Source: Ktedonobacteraceae bacterium (GTDB taxonomy: Bacteria; Chloroflexota; Ktedonobacteria; Ktedonobacterales; Ktedonobacteraceae). From it: 64,000 nucleotides of DNA. Position numbers and translations under genes: made by a program. Each line of letters opens with the position of its first letter. Within the stretch, counting starts at the first letter, position 1. This document shows positions 10,334 to 18,309 of the stretch, piece after piece. Below the pieces are notes generated by a model. The model did not search any database. It had not been told where the DNA came from and saw only the letters and a list, made by a program, of their open reading frames with translations. The DNA lies in contig DATGKW010000054.1 in the NCBI GenBank assembly GCA_035294465.1, forward strand, positions 47,290 to 111,289. Reading direction: 5' to 3'.

Positions 10334-11302
10334 TTATTCCTTCACGCTGCCTAGCAAGACCCCTTTGGTGAAATGCCGCTGAATCCACGGATACAAGGCC
10401 AGCATCGGCAGCATCGTCAGAATCACCGCCGCCATCTTGAGCGCGTCCTGGGGAGTGGAACTGAGCGCATTCTGCCCGACATAATCGCTCATACTCGATG
10501 CGGTCAGGATATTGCGCAGCAAGACCGGCAAAGGCATCATATTCGAGTTATTCAAATACAGAATAGGCAGGAAAAACTCGTTCCATTGGCCTACGGCGTA
10601 AAACATGCCAATGGTCAGCATAATCGGTTTGGACAGAGGCAGAATAATCCGCCACAAAACCTGCCATTCGTTGGCCCCATCCACAATAGCCGCCTCGCGC
10701 AAACTGGAGGGCAGGTTCTGGAAAAAGGTTTTCATGACCAGCAGGTTAAAAACGCTGATTCCCCCCGGCAGAATCACCGCCGCGAAGGTATTGAGCAGGT
10801 CCAGATCCTTCACCGTCAGGTAGGTTGGGATCAGGCCAGGGTTGAACAAGAACGTAAACAGAATCAGCGAGAGAATGAGGTTGCGCCCAGGCAAACCCTT
10901 GATGGTAAGCCCATAAGCTGTCAATGTCGTCAGCACCATATTGGTAGTCACGCCGAAGCCAGTGATGATGCAGCTATTGAGAAGGGCCTGGAGAAAAGCG
11001 CCGGAACTAAAAAGCTGAACATACGCCTCCGGGGTCCACTCATTGAAAGGAAGAAAGATCGTATATCCCTGAAGCTGATTGGCAGTGTAAGGTGTAAAGG
11101 AGATGACGACCACGTACCACAGGGGAATCACGATTGCGGCCAGCACACCGACCAGCAGAAGAGTCACCACGCTTTCAAAGATCAGGTCATCCTTGCCGAT
11201 CCTGCGCCTCTTGCTCCGCTTGATGATTTTTGCGTCTTCGATTACCGGACCGTGAGCTGCACCGCCCTTTTGCTTACTGCGCGAGACGGTTTCTGTCTCC
11301 AT
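10334..11302 (-). CDS. ABC sugar transporter permease (LplC/MalG-like)
   Basis: Multi-TM protein with the EAA loop motif REAAIVDGANEWQVLWRIILPLSKP. Confidence 0.88.
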   Translation of the reverse strand: METETVSRSKQKGGAAHGPVIEDAKIIKRSKRRRIGKDDLIFESVVTLLLVGVLAAIVIPLWYVVVISFTPYTANQLQGYTIFLPFNEWTPEAYVQLFSSGAFLQALLNSCIITGFGVTTNMVLTTLTAYGLTIKGLPGRNLILSLILFTFLFNPGLIPTYLTVKDLDLLNTFAAVILPGGISVFNLLVMKTFFQNLPSSLREAAIVDGANEWQVLWRIILPLSKPIMLTIGMFYAVGQWNEFFLPILYLNNSNMMPLPVLLRNILTASSMSDYVGQNALSSTPQDALKMAAVILTMLPMLALYPWIQRHFTKGVLLGSVKE

Positions 11303-11322
11303 ACATGCTTACTCCCCTGGTC

Positions 11323-12279
11323 TTAATACAAGCTACTGCCGGCAAAGCGCTTGGCCGCTCGATTGGCAACCACGATCAGGAGCAGGCCGATTACGCCTTT
11401 GAACAGGCCCACCGCTGTCGCCAGGCTGAACTGGAAATTCAAAAGGCCCTGGCGGTAGACCCAGGTGTCGATGACATCACCTACGCTGTACACAGGTACT
11501 GAATAGAGCACCCAGATTTGCTCGAACCCGGCATCCAGAATATTGCCCAGCCGCAGAAGCGTGACCAGCACAATGACGTCTCTGATACCGGGCAGCGAGA
11601 CATGCCAGATGCGTCGCCAGCGAGAAGCCCCATCAATGGCAGCAGCTTCATACTGCGTGGGATCAATCGCCAGCAAGGCCGCCAGATAGATAATCGCGCT
11701 CCAGCCTGTTTCTTTCCAGATGTCCGAACTGACTATGATGCCGCGAAACCAGTTTGGATCGGTTAAGAAATCTATCGGCTGCACTCCCGCCTTCCCGATA
11801 GCCTGGTTGACCAGACCCTCGCTCGGCGAGAGCAGAGCAAGCAGAACCCCAAGCATGACTACCCACGAGAGGAAATGCGGGAGATAGACGACTGTCTGGG
11901 TCAGACGAGCCAGTTTCAAAAAGCGGGCCTCGCTGATGGCTATCGCCAGGATAATCGCTGGAGGAATGCCAAAGATGAGTTTCGCAGCGCTGATGATGAG
12001 TGTGTTGGTAATCAACTCGCCGAAATAGTAGGAGTGAAAGAAGTAGATAAAATTTTCCAACCCGACCCAGGGACTTCCCGTGACTCCGAGCAGAGGCTCA
12101 AAATTCTTGAAAGCAATCTGCGCCATGTAGAGCGGGCCGTAACGAAAGATCGCAAAATAGACCAGACCTGGCAATAAGATCACATAAACCATACGATAAC
12201 GCCAGATCCGTTTGAGCAACTGACCCACAGAGCCAGGTGACTGGCGTGCTTTCACAGGCAACAGTGCCTTTACATTCAT
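11323..12279 (-). CDS. ABC sugar transporter permease (LplB/MalF-like)
   Basis: Multi-TM protein with the EAA loop YEAAAIDGASRWRRIWHVSLPGIRDV. AGGAG lies upstream of ATG 12279. Confidence 0.88.
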   Translation of the reverse strand: MNVKALLPVKARQSPGSVGQLLKRIWRYRMVYVILLPGLVYFAIFRYGPLYMAQIAFKNFEPLLGVTGSPWVGLENFIYFFHSYYFGELITNTLIISAAKLIFGIPPAIILAIAISEARFLKLARLTQTVVYLPHFLSWVVMLGVLLALLSPSEGLVNQAIGKAGVQPIDFLTDPNWFRGIIVSSDIWKETGWSAIIYLAALLAIDPTQYEAAAIDGASRWRRIWHVSLPGIRDVIVLVTLLRLGNILDAGFEQIWVLYSVPVYSVGDVIDTWVYRQGLLNFQFSLATAVGLFKGVIGLLLIVVANRAAKRFAGSSLY

Positions 12280-12370
12280 GTATCACTCCTGATAAATATA
12301 TCTCCTTCGATAGATAGACAAGTCCTCGAGGACTTCTTTCCAGATCAATTATGTTACCAGTAGATTAAAT

Positions 12371-12382
12371 GTAAACGTTTAC
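12371..12382. promoter_or_regulatory. Second palindrome GTAAACGTTTAC (auxiliary operator)
   Basis: Perfect 12 bp palindrome 2 nt from the first operator. Confidence 0.45.
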
Positions 12383-12419
12383 TTTGAAACGTTTCAATCT
12401 CACAGGAAGTATAAAAGAT
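12373..12419. repeat. Left arm of a perfect 47 bp inverted repeat (promoter -10 plus two operators)
   Basis: aaacgtttactttgaaacgtttcaatctcacaggaagtataaaagat is the exact reverse complement of 12617-12663. Confidence 0.95.
12384..12397. promoter_or_regulatory. Palindromic LacI-family-type operator TTGAAACGTTTCAA
   Basis: Perfect 14 bp palindrome 10 nt downstream of the -10. It fits the TGnAAnCGnTTnCA pattern of LacI/CcpA-type operators. Confidence 0.6.
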
Positions 12420-12437
12420 AGCTATTCAGATTGTCAA
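12408..12437 (-). promoter_or_regulatory. Promoter of the ABC importer/GH59 operon: TTGACA-N18-TATACT
   Basis: On the minus strand, -35 is at 12437->12432 and -10 at 12413->12408. The architecture is identical to the promoter at 12599-12628. Confidence 0.6.
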
Positions 12438-12598
12438 GACCAAAAAGCAGGTCGGTTTCGTTCTTATTCCTTGCCAGGCATGGGACCCTCCAGGACAGTG
12501 CGATACCGGCGCAACAGTAAGGAAATGACGGCGGAAGCGGCTTGAAAGCGTTGGGTATGACTTAATGAAAAGCAAAAGAGCGCCGAAAAGATCCGCCC

Positions 12599-12628
12599 TT
12601 GACAAGCTACAAATCCATCTTTTATACT
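12599..12628 (+). promoter_or_regulatory. Promoter of the PL4 lyase gene: TTGACA-N18-TATACT
   Basis: -35 is at 12599-12604 and -10 at 12623-12628. Confidence 0.6.
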
Positions 12629-12663
12629 TCCTGTGAGATTGAAACGTTTCAAAGTAAACGTTT
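12617..12663. repeat. Right arm of the perfect 47 bp inverted repeat
   Basis: atcttttatacttcctgtgagattgaaacgtttcaaagtaaacgttt is the exact reverse complement of 12373-12419. The arms are 197 bp apart. Confidence 0.95.
12639..12652. promoter_or_regulatory. Palindromic operator TTGAAACGTTTCAA (copy 2)
   Basis: Identical 14-mer 10 nt downstream of the -10. Confidence 0.6.
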
Positions 12664-12665
12664 TA
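12654..12665. promoter_or_regulatory. Auxiliary palindrome GTAAACGTTTTA (one outer mismatch)
   Basis: Mirror copy of 12371-12382. Confidence 0.4.
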
Positions 12666-12820
12666 TGTCCGAAGTGGAGTCGGAGGTCTGAATACTTGAT
12701 AGGTTGTTCTGTAGCGCGTTTCCCGGTATATTCCTAACGAAATGGTAGCAGCATTGTTAGCCTGCCACTTCTCTTTTTGTGAACAGGGTAGTTCTACGTA
12801 CATGCAAGGAGGACCAGACA

Positions 12821-14551
12821 ATGGCATTCACGCGGCGGCGTGCTCTTCAAATAGGAGCTTCATCAGCCCTTAGCTTGCTTCTCCCTCCATTATCCCTCTT
12901 TCCTTCATCCCAGGCGAACGCAGAAGAGCCTGGAGAAACTCCTGTTTCTCTGGAAATCTCAGGGATGGACTCGACCATATCCAACGCTTTCTTTACGGTT
13001 AAGTTCAACAGTTCTGGAACCGGCTATTCGCTTGTCTGGCAGGGCCAGGAATGGATTGGACCGGCCAAAGGCTTCTATAGCTCGGTAAACGGAAGTCTGG
13101 ATTTCGCCCCCACACAGCTCGTTGTGACGACGAATACGCCGCACATGGTGGATATTGCCTATATCAGCGATTGGGGCGAGCTGCATTATGTCGTGTTCAG
13201 CAATCTCAGCGGCATGTACTCGTATTTTGTGGCAACCGGTATTGGCACGGTGGGAGAATACCGCACCCTCTATCGTTTCAATGGGAATCTCATCAACATC
13301 GGCTACAATGGCGTTGAACGCGCCATCGCTTTCCCTTCGCTGGCCGAGATCGAAGCCTCGACCGTGTTACAGGACTCGACCTATTTATTGCCCGATGGGA
13401 CGGTCTACACCAAGTATGACGCCTCTACCTACTGCTATTTGCAGGATAGGCTACACGGCGTCTATAACAGCGAGTTCGGGGCCTGGATGATCTCACCCAG
13501 CCACGAATATGTCAACGGGGGACCGATGAAGCAGGAGCTGACAGTGCATATGGATGCCTCTAGTGGAGACGCTGTGTTGCTCAATATGCTCGCAGCCAGC
13601 CACTTCGGCACGCCCTCGGTAACGATCCCCAGCGGCAAGATCTATGGCCCCTGGCTAGTCTACCTCAACAATGGCAGCATTGATGATGCGTTGAGACAGG
13701 CTGCCAGAGAAGAGTCCCGATGGCCGTATCGCTGGTTGTCCAATCCTCATTATCCCCTGGAACGCTCAGTCGTGACCGGCAGGCTGCGTCTCGCCGATGG
13801 CCGGCCGGCGGCGGGCGCGATGATCATCCTGGCTCAGCCAGGAGGCGATGTCTACGCGCAAGGCTCGGATTATATCTTCTTTGCGCAGGCTGACTTTTCC
13901 GGATCTTTTTTCATTCCCCACGTGCGCCCGGAAACGTATAGCCTGTACGCGTTCGCAAACGGCGGGCTAATCGGCGATGTGACCGATCAGTTTGAGCAGG
14001 ATGGCATTACGGTGAGCGGACCGTGGGTCGATCTGGGTCAGCTCACCTGGTCGCCTCCCCAATACAAACATTTCCTGTGGCAGATTGGCCATGCAGACCG
14101 CAAGGCCGATGAATTCCGTCTGGGAAATGTGCCACGTCAGTATGGCCTGTGGAACCAGGTGCCAGCCAATCTGATATATACTATTGGCCAGAGCACTCAC
14201 GAAAACGACTGGTACTACGCACAGACCCAGGTGGGCACCTGGACAATTAACTTCAACCTTGAGAGAACATATAGCGGCACTGCTCACCTGACGATAGCTC
14301 TGGCCGGCATGAGCCGGACGGCAGCCGTTACGGTAGCAGTCAACGGGAGCGCAGTGGGAGCATATCCAGCCTTTACGAATGATATGGCCATTTATCGCAG
14401 CGCCAATCAGAGCGGCTATTACCACTTGATTCCTTTCACGTTCCCGGCTACCCTGTTGCAAACAGGCGCGAACTCCGTTACGCTCCAGGCCACAGAGGTG
14501 AGCAGCGGCGGTGGCGCAATGTATGATACGATCAAGCTGGAGGTCGACTGA
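12821..14551 (+). CDS. Rhamnogalacturonan endolyase, polysaccharide lyase family 4, Tat-secreted
   Basis: Start re-set to ATG 12821 (MAFTRRRALQIG, Tat motif), preceded by AAGGAGGA. The block WQIGHADRKADEFRLG and the three-domain length match PL4 RG lyases. Confidence 0.8.
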   Translation: MAFTRRRALQIGASSALSLLLPPLSLFPSSQANAEEPGETPVSLEISGMDSTISNAFFTVKFNSSGTGYSLVWQGQEWIGPAKGFYSSVNGSLDFAPTQLVVTTNTPHMVDIAYISDWGELHYVVFSNLSGMYSYFVATGIGTVGEYRTLYRFNGNLINIGYNGVERAIAFPSLAEIEASTVLQDSTYLLPDGTVYTKYDASTYCYLQDRLHGVYNSEFGAWMISPSHEYVNGGPMKQELTVHMDASSGDAVLLNMLAASHFGTPSVTIPSGKIYGPWLVYLNNGSIDDALRQAAREESRWPYRWLSNPHYPLERSVVTGRLRLADGRPAAGAMIILAQPGGDVYAQGSDYIFFAQADFSGSFFIPHVRPETYSLYAFANGGLIGDVTDQFEQDGITVSGPWVDLGQLTWSPPQYKHFLWQIGHADRKADEFRLGNVPRQYGLWNQVPANLIYTIGQSTHENDWYYAQTQVGTWTINFNLERTYSGTAHLTIALAGMSRTAAVTVAVNGSAVGAYPAFTNDMAIYRSANQSGYYHLIPFTFPATLLQTGANSVTLQATEVSSGGGAMYDTIKLEVD

Positions 14552-14563
14552 TCAGGATGGGAT

Positions 14564-14592
14564 GTAGCCACGCGTGCAAGGAGCGTGGCTAC
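14564..14592. terminator. 10 bp stem hairpin between convergent genes (bidirectional terminator candidate)
   Basis: gtagccacgc (14564-14573) pairs with gcgtggctac (14583-14592). It overlaps the stop codon of the minus-strand hydrolase. Confidence 0.5.
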
Positions 14593-17500
14593 ACCTCACG
14601 CAAGAGAGCAGAATTCACAGAAACCATCTGATGAGTATGTGCATCAAAATACATCCCTTCGAGCATACCGCTCAGGGTAGTGGTGAGACGAATCTCAATA
14701 GTGTTGCTTCCTCTGCGCAGCAGAGACGTTTCCCCTTCCCAGCGATAGGGCGACCAGCAGCAAACGCCTAGAGAGTGCGTGTTCACCAGGACTTCGACAC
14801 ACTCATCAATATGCCGATCCCATCCACGCAGATCCAGGATAAATCGTTGCTCGCGTGGCAGCGCGTTAAGAGTGATATCGCGGGTAAAGCACAGCGTTCC
14901 CGCGAAATAGGGATACCCCGCACGCACACCGCTCTTGATCTCGCCGATTTCTGGCGGCTCGCCAATCACTGGTATGCCTGCGTCGTTGAAGGTAACTCCG
15001 AAAGGGCCGCTCAGATAGAGTGGATCACGCAGGCCATCTTCATCGCGCCGGGCTTCAACGTGGATAACCAGATGATTCAGGCCTGGTCTGAGCAGGAGCT
15101 GTACCTCGCTCCCTCTTTGCCGAAAGCCAGGACGGGAGAGCGCAACAAAATCGTGGGCGGTGATTTGCCGGCCATTCAGATAGAAGGTGTGATTACCGCC
15201 AATTGCGTCCTCATCCATGATGAGCTTACATGTCGGTGGTAGTTGCTTGACGAGAAAGCTGGCTTGATACCAGCAACGAAGCGGATAAGCCGGCGAGACG
15301 CGCACAGGTGTCCCAAAAGATTGTTCGTATTGCACAGGCAGCGTTTGCCTGGCGGCAAGATCGGCGCACTGGTTGATCACCGGCCTGGCTTCTACGAGCG
15401 GCCATGCCAGCCCTGCCTCTCCCACGTGCCAATCAGATGCCCTCTCCACAGATTGCCGGGTAAGCATGAAGTGAAATGCGCTCAGGCGTAGCAGGTTGTC
15501 CTGCTGCGCGGTCAGCTTCCATGGTTGGCGAATATCGACGAAAAGGGGCCATAGCTCTTGCGCGTTCGTTGCGCCGGGAGCAGCTTTTGCCCCTCGTATC
15601 CTTCTTCCAGCGTGAGCAGCTCTCATGTCGGGGTGTCCTTGCTGCATGGCTGGTTCCTCTTCTTGCAAGGCGTAACTAAGAAGATAAGATTCATACGGGG
15701 CAAAAGAGAGGGTGACGCTCCAGCCGCGGGGAGTTCGCTCAACGGGCAGGGCGTTTTGCCGCCCCGAGGCGAGATCCAGGCGCTCGACGATCTGTCCGGT
15801 CGGCCGGCGCGTCAGGTGCAGGCGCAGCACTTTCTCTGTGTCTTCCTGATGAGTAATGAAGAGGAGGTACGCGCCGTCGGGGAGTCTTCTCTGCCGCACG
15901 AGAAACGACCTGCGATCACCCACAACCGGCTCCAGCGTGAAGAGTGGGGATAGGCACTGCCGCAGCAAAGCAAGCAGATATTCAATCACACGTGTTTGAG
16001 GCAAGCTGCCCATACTGGGCAGGAAATAGGCCAGAGTATGGCCTTTCGTCCAGGGTGCTTCCTCCCTCCTTTGCTGCGTTTCGGCCTTGCTCTCCTGCTC
16101 CCCGTGAAAACCGCGCCAATACTGCCGTCGTGGCGAGGTGGCCAGGCCGAACCATTGCAGCACTTCCGCCTCGATATCCTGCCCTGGCTCAATACATTCG
16201 TAGGGGAGTAATCCTACACTGATCACTTTGCCGCCAGCTCGCAGAAACTCCTTCAACCGTGCCCAAGCTGCCGCTTCGAGGTTGGTGAGCGGTGGCAAAA
16301 TAAGCGCCTCATAGCTGGCTTGTCCGATGACAAGATGACCATCTTTGATGACTGCCCGCGCCAGTATCTCCGGGTCCAGGTGGTCATAATCGATTTGCTG
16401 AAGTAATAACTGCTTGCATAGATACATCCAGTCCTGTTTCAGACGCTCTAAGGCTCGCTCTTCTGCGGGATCATTTCCACAATAGCTAAAGCTGGAAAAA
16501 GGATTGCCCATATGAGTCCAGAAACTGGTAACAGGATGGACAACGGCGAGCGAGACGCATGCCCGTCCCTGGCTCATAGCGTAGCTAAGCCGTCCTGCGT
16601 AATCAGCAAGCTGTCTGAAATGCGGCCAGTAAGGATTCTGCACGAACTGTGAAGGAGGCGCGTCATGTTTGCGCAGGCCATTGATGGAGAAAAAGAAGGC
16701 GTGGAAGACAAAGAAATTGATGCCCAGAGCAGCAAGCCGATCCAGCATCCATTTCGCGTCCTGCAAAGTCATAGACCAGCCGACGCTATGAAAGCATTCG
16801 ATCATGGCACGCTCGGCCCCCAACTGGTTCGCCAGGGAACTGGCAATTTTAGGGTCGGCCCGCAGATTGGCAGCATTCTGGTCGATGATCCAATCCAGCG
16901 AGCGCCCTCTTTTTTCGTGAGCACTATCGCCGCCTGGTATATGGCTGTGAAGCAGTGTCGTCATCCGCATGGAGGGTACTTCGGTGGTATATTGCAGCCA
17001 GCGTTGCTCACACCAGTTGCTCACTTGCTGATGATAGCTCTCTCTCAGCAATAGATGAAGGCTTTGAAAGAAACGATATCTGGCTTGCATCTGTTTCTCA
17101 TCCGACGGGTAAAAGACCGCTGGCAGATTTTCAAGCAGTTCGTCTCCATACAGGGTGCGCACAAAGTCGGGCAGACGCGCCGACCAGGGAATGCGACCGA
17201 GCAGGCCAACTTCATCGGTGAAAAAGCCTTTGATCTCTCGCCCGAACTGTTCATGAAAGCGATCGGCATAGCGCTCATATGTGGTTTCAAGAAAGGTCTG
17301 GACAGCCTCCTTGTGGCAGGGGTCCACGTAGGTTCCGAAGTACTTAAACTGCTCGATCTCACTTTCAAGAAAGATGATGAGCCGCCAGTGACCAGGCGGT
17401 ACACTCCATAACAGTTGCTTTTGCGGCGAAGCTGTAAAGAAGCGTTTCCTGGTGTATACCGTCAGTCCAGTAGACTGAAAAATAGATGAAGCCGGGACGC

Positions 17501-17984
17501 TCCCGATATGCGAAATCAGGTCGAGCGCGCGTGGCCAGAGCAATGCTCCCGTTGTTTCGTCCACAGGGACAGCCCTAGCGAGAAGGACTTTTGCCCAGGG
17601 AAGTTTGTGAGAGAACGTTTGCGGTCCGGCGATGCTGAGAGAATGATGCAGCAACTGGCGATGCCTGGCCTCGGGATGCAGGAGTGTTACCTCACCGCCA
17701 CTCATACCGCTAGGATAGGGATATTCATCATAAAGCCAGGTATGCAGCCCATACTGATGGGCGGCTTCGATAGCTCCGGCAACGAGTTGAAACCATTGCT
17801 CAGATAAATACGGGACCTCTAAGCCCTGACGCGCGCAGATAAAAAAACCGCCGCAACCTTTCTCCGCCATCTGCTGAATCTGCGAGGCAATCTCTTCCGG
17901 GTTCATGCTGTCATTCCAGAACCAGAAGGGCGCCGGGCGGTATGCCATAGGAGGATCGCGAAAGCATTGCTGAAAAGGTATCAT
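14589..17984 (-). CDS. Large cytoplasmic glycoside hydrolase-like protein (GH106 alpha-L-rhamnosidase-like, tentative)
   Basis: Start re-set to ATG 17984 (MIPFQQCF...), because the promoter and operator lie inside the track's 5' extension. The N-terminal block RPAPFWFWNDSMNPEEI...GCGGFFICARQGL..PYLSEQW...LYDEYPYPSGMSGG is the pattern I associate with GH106/sugar-binding hydrolases. The family call is from memory and was not searched. Confidence 0.65.
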   Translation of the reverse strand: MIPFQQCFRDPPMAYRPAPFWFWNDSMNPEEIASQIQQMAEKGCGGFFICARQGLEVPYLSEQWFQLVAGAIEAAHQYGLHTWLYDEYPYPSGMSGGEVTLLHPEARHRQLLHHSLSIAGPQTFSHKLPWAKVLLARAVPVDETTGALLWPRALDLISHIGSVPASSIFQSTGLTVYTRKRFFTASPQKQLLWSVPPGHWRLIIFLESEIEQFKYFGTYVDPCHKEAVQTFLETTYERYADRFHEQFGREIKGFFTDEVGLLGRIPWSARLPDFVRTLYGDELLENLPAVFYPSDEKQMQARYRFFQSLHLLLRESYHQQVSNWCEQRWLQYTTEVPSMRMTTLLHSHIPGGDSAHEKRGRSLDWIIDQNAANLRADPKIASSLANQLGAERAMIECFHSVGWSMTLQDAKWMLDRLAALGINFFVFHAFFFSINGLRKHDAPPSQFVQNPYWPHFRQLADYAGRLSYAMSQGRACVSLAVVHPVTSFWTHMGNPFSSFSYCGNDPAEERALERLKQDWMYLCKQLLLQQIDYDHLDPEILARAVIKDGHLVIGQASYEALILPPLTNLEAAAWARLKEFLRAGGKVISVGLLPYECIEPGQDIEAEVLQWFGLATSPRRQYWRGFHGEQESKAETQQRREEAPWTKGHTLAYFLPSMGSLPQTRVIEYLLALLRQCLSPLFTLEPVVGDRRSFLVRQRRLPDGAYLLFITHQEDTEKVLRLHLTRRPTGQIVERLDLASGRQNALPVERTPRGWSVTLSFAPYESYLLSYALQEEEPAMQQGHPDMRAAHAGRRIRGAKAAPGATNAQELWPLFVDIRQPWKLTAQQDNLLRLSAFHFMLTRQSVERASDWHVGEAGLAWPLVEARPVINQCADLAARQTLPVQYEQSFGTPVRVSPAYPLRCWYQASFLVKQLPPTCKLIMDEDAIGGNHTFYLNGRQITAHDFVALSRPGFRQRGSEVQLLLRPGLNHLVIHVEARRDEDGLRDPLYLSGPFGVTFNDAGIPVIGEPPEIGEIKSGVRAGYPYFAGTLCFTRDITLNALPREQRFILDLRGWDRHIDECVEVLVNTHSLGVCCWSPYRWEGETSLLRRGSNTIEIRLTTTLSGMLEGMYFDAHTHQMVSVNSALLREV

Positions 17985-18026
17985 TTTTTCTTCCCTCTTT
18001 TCCTGAGAGGAGACGGAATGTTCTAG

Positions 18027-18040
18027 TTGAAACGTTTCAA
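18027..18040. promoter_or_regulatory. Palindromic operator TTGAAACGTTTCAA (copy 3)
   Basis: Identical 14-mer, again exactly 10 nt downstream of the predicted -10. Confidence 0.6.
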
Positions 18041-18050
18041 TACATAAGCA

Positions 18051-18080
18051 AGCATAAGGAATGAATGGGTGGATTGTCAA
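18051..18080 (-). promoter_or_regulatory. Promoter of the GH106-like gene: TTGACA-N18-TATGCT
   Basis: On the minus strand, -35 is at 18080->18075 and -10 at 18056->18051. The CTTGACAAT context matches the promoter at 12408-12437. Confidence 0.55.
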
Positions 18081-18097
18081 GGGGAAAAGAGGTCGTT

Positions 18098-18210
18098 GCA
18101 GGGCTTTTTCAACGCCCCGAACGGTCTTCCTTTGCGCCTGACCACGAGAATCGTTCCCTTTCCTGCTTGGTTTTTAAAAGCGGAAAGATGGGACGAGGCA
18201 AAAGCCCTGC
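18098..18210. other. 113 bp element bounded by an 11 bp inverted repeat with an internal imperfect hairpin
   Basis: gcagggctttt (18098-18108) pairs with aaaagccctgc (18200-18210). Internally, cgttccctttcctgc can pair with gcggaaagatgggacg. The element sits between two divergent predicted promoters. Confidence 0.5.
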
Positions 18211-18227
18211 TTCTTTACGACTCTACC

Positions 18228-18256
18228 TTTACAGACAAAGATTTTGAAGGTAGAAT
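18228..18256 (+). promoter_or_regulatory. Promoter candidate TTTACA-N17-TAGAAT for the FHA-ABC gene
   Basis: -35 is at 18228-18233 and -10 at 18251-18256, about 55 nt upstream of ATG 18310. Confidence 0.45.
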
Positions 18257-18309
18257 TCTAGAAATATAACCCTATAACTGACTGTAAAATTTTGTGAAGG
18301 AAGTTAAAC

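Noticed and set aside
12464-12652. A 62 aa ORF inside the spacer and right arm of the 47 bp inverted repeat.
   Set aside because: It starts inside the operator/promoter arm, has no SD and has no recognisable sequence. The region is better explained as regulatory DNA.
17985-18080. ORF-track N-terminal extensions of several genes. They affect the GH106-like gene (18080), the SBP (10388), the PL4 lyase (12779), the PBP (21580), nrdR (46229), icd (55680), the ClpX-ZnF gene (49900), livH, livF, uvrA and the DUF3592 gene.
   Set aside because: The extensions use GTG, TTG or distant ATG starts, lack an SD, and overlap upstream genes or predicted promoters and operators. In-frame downstream ATGs have a good SD and match the family-typical N-termini.
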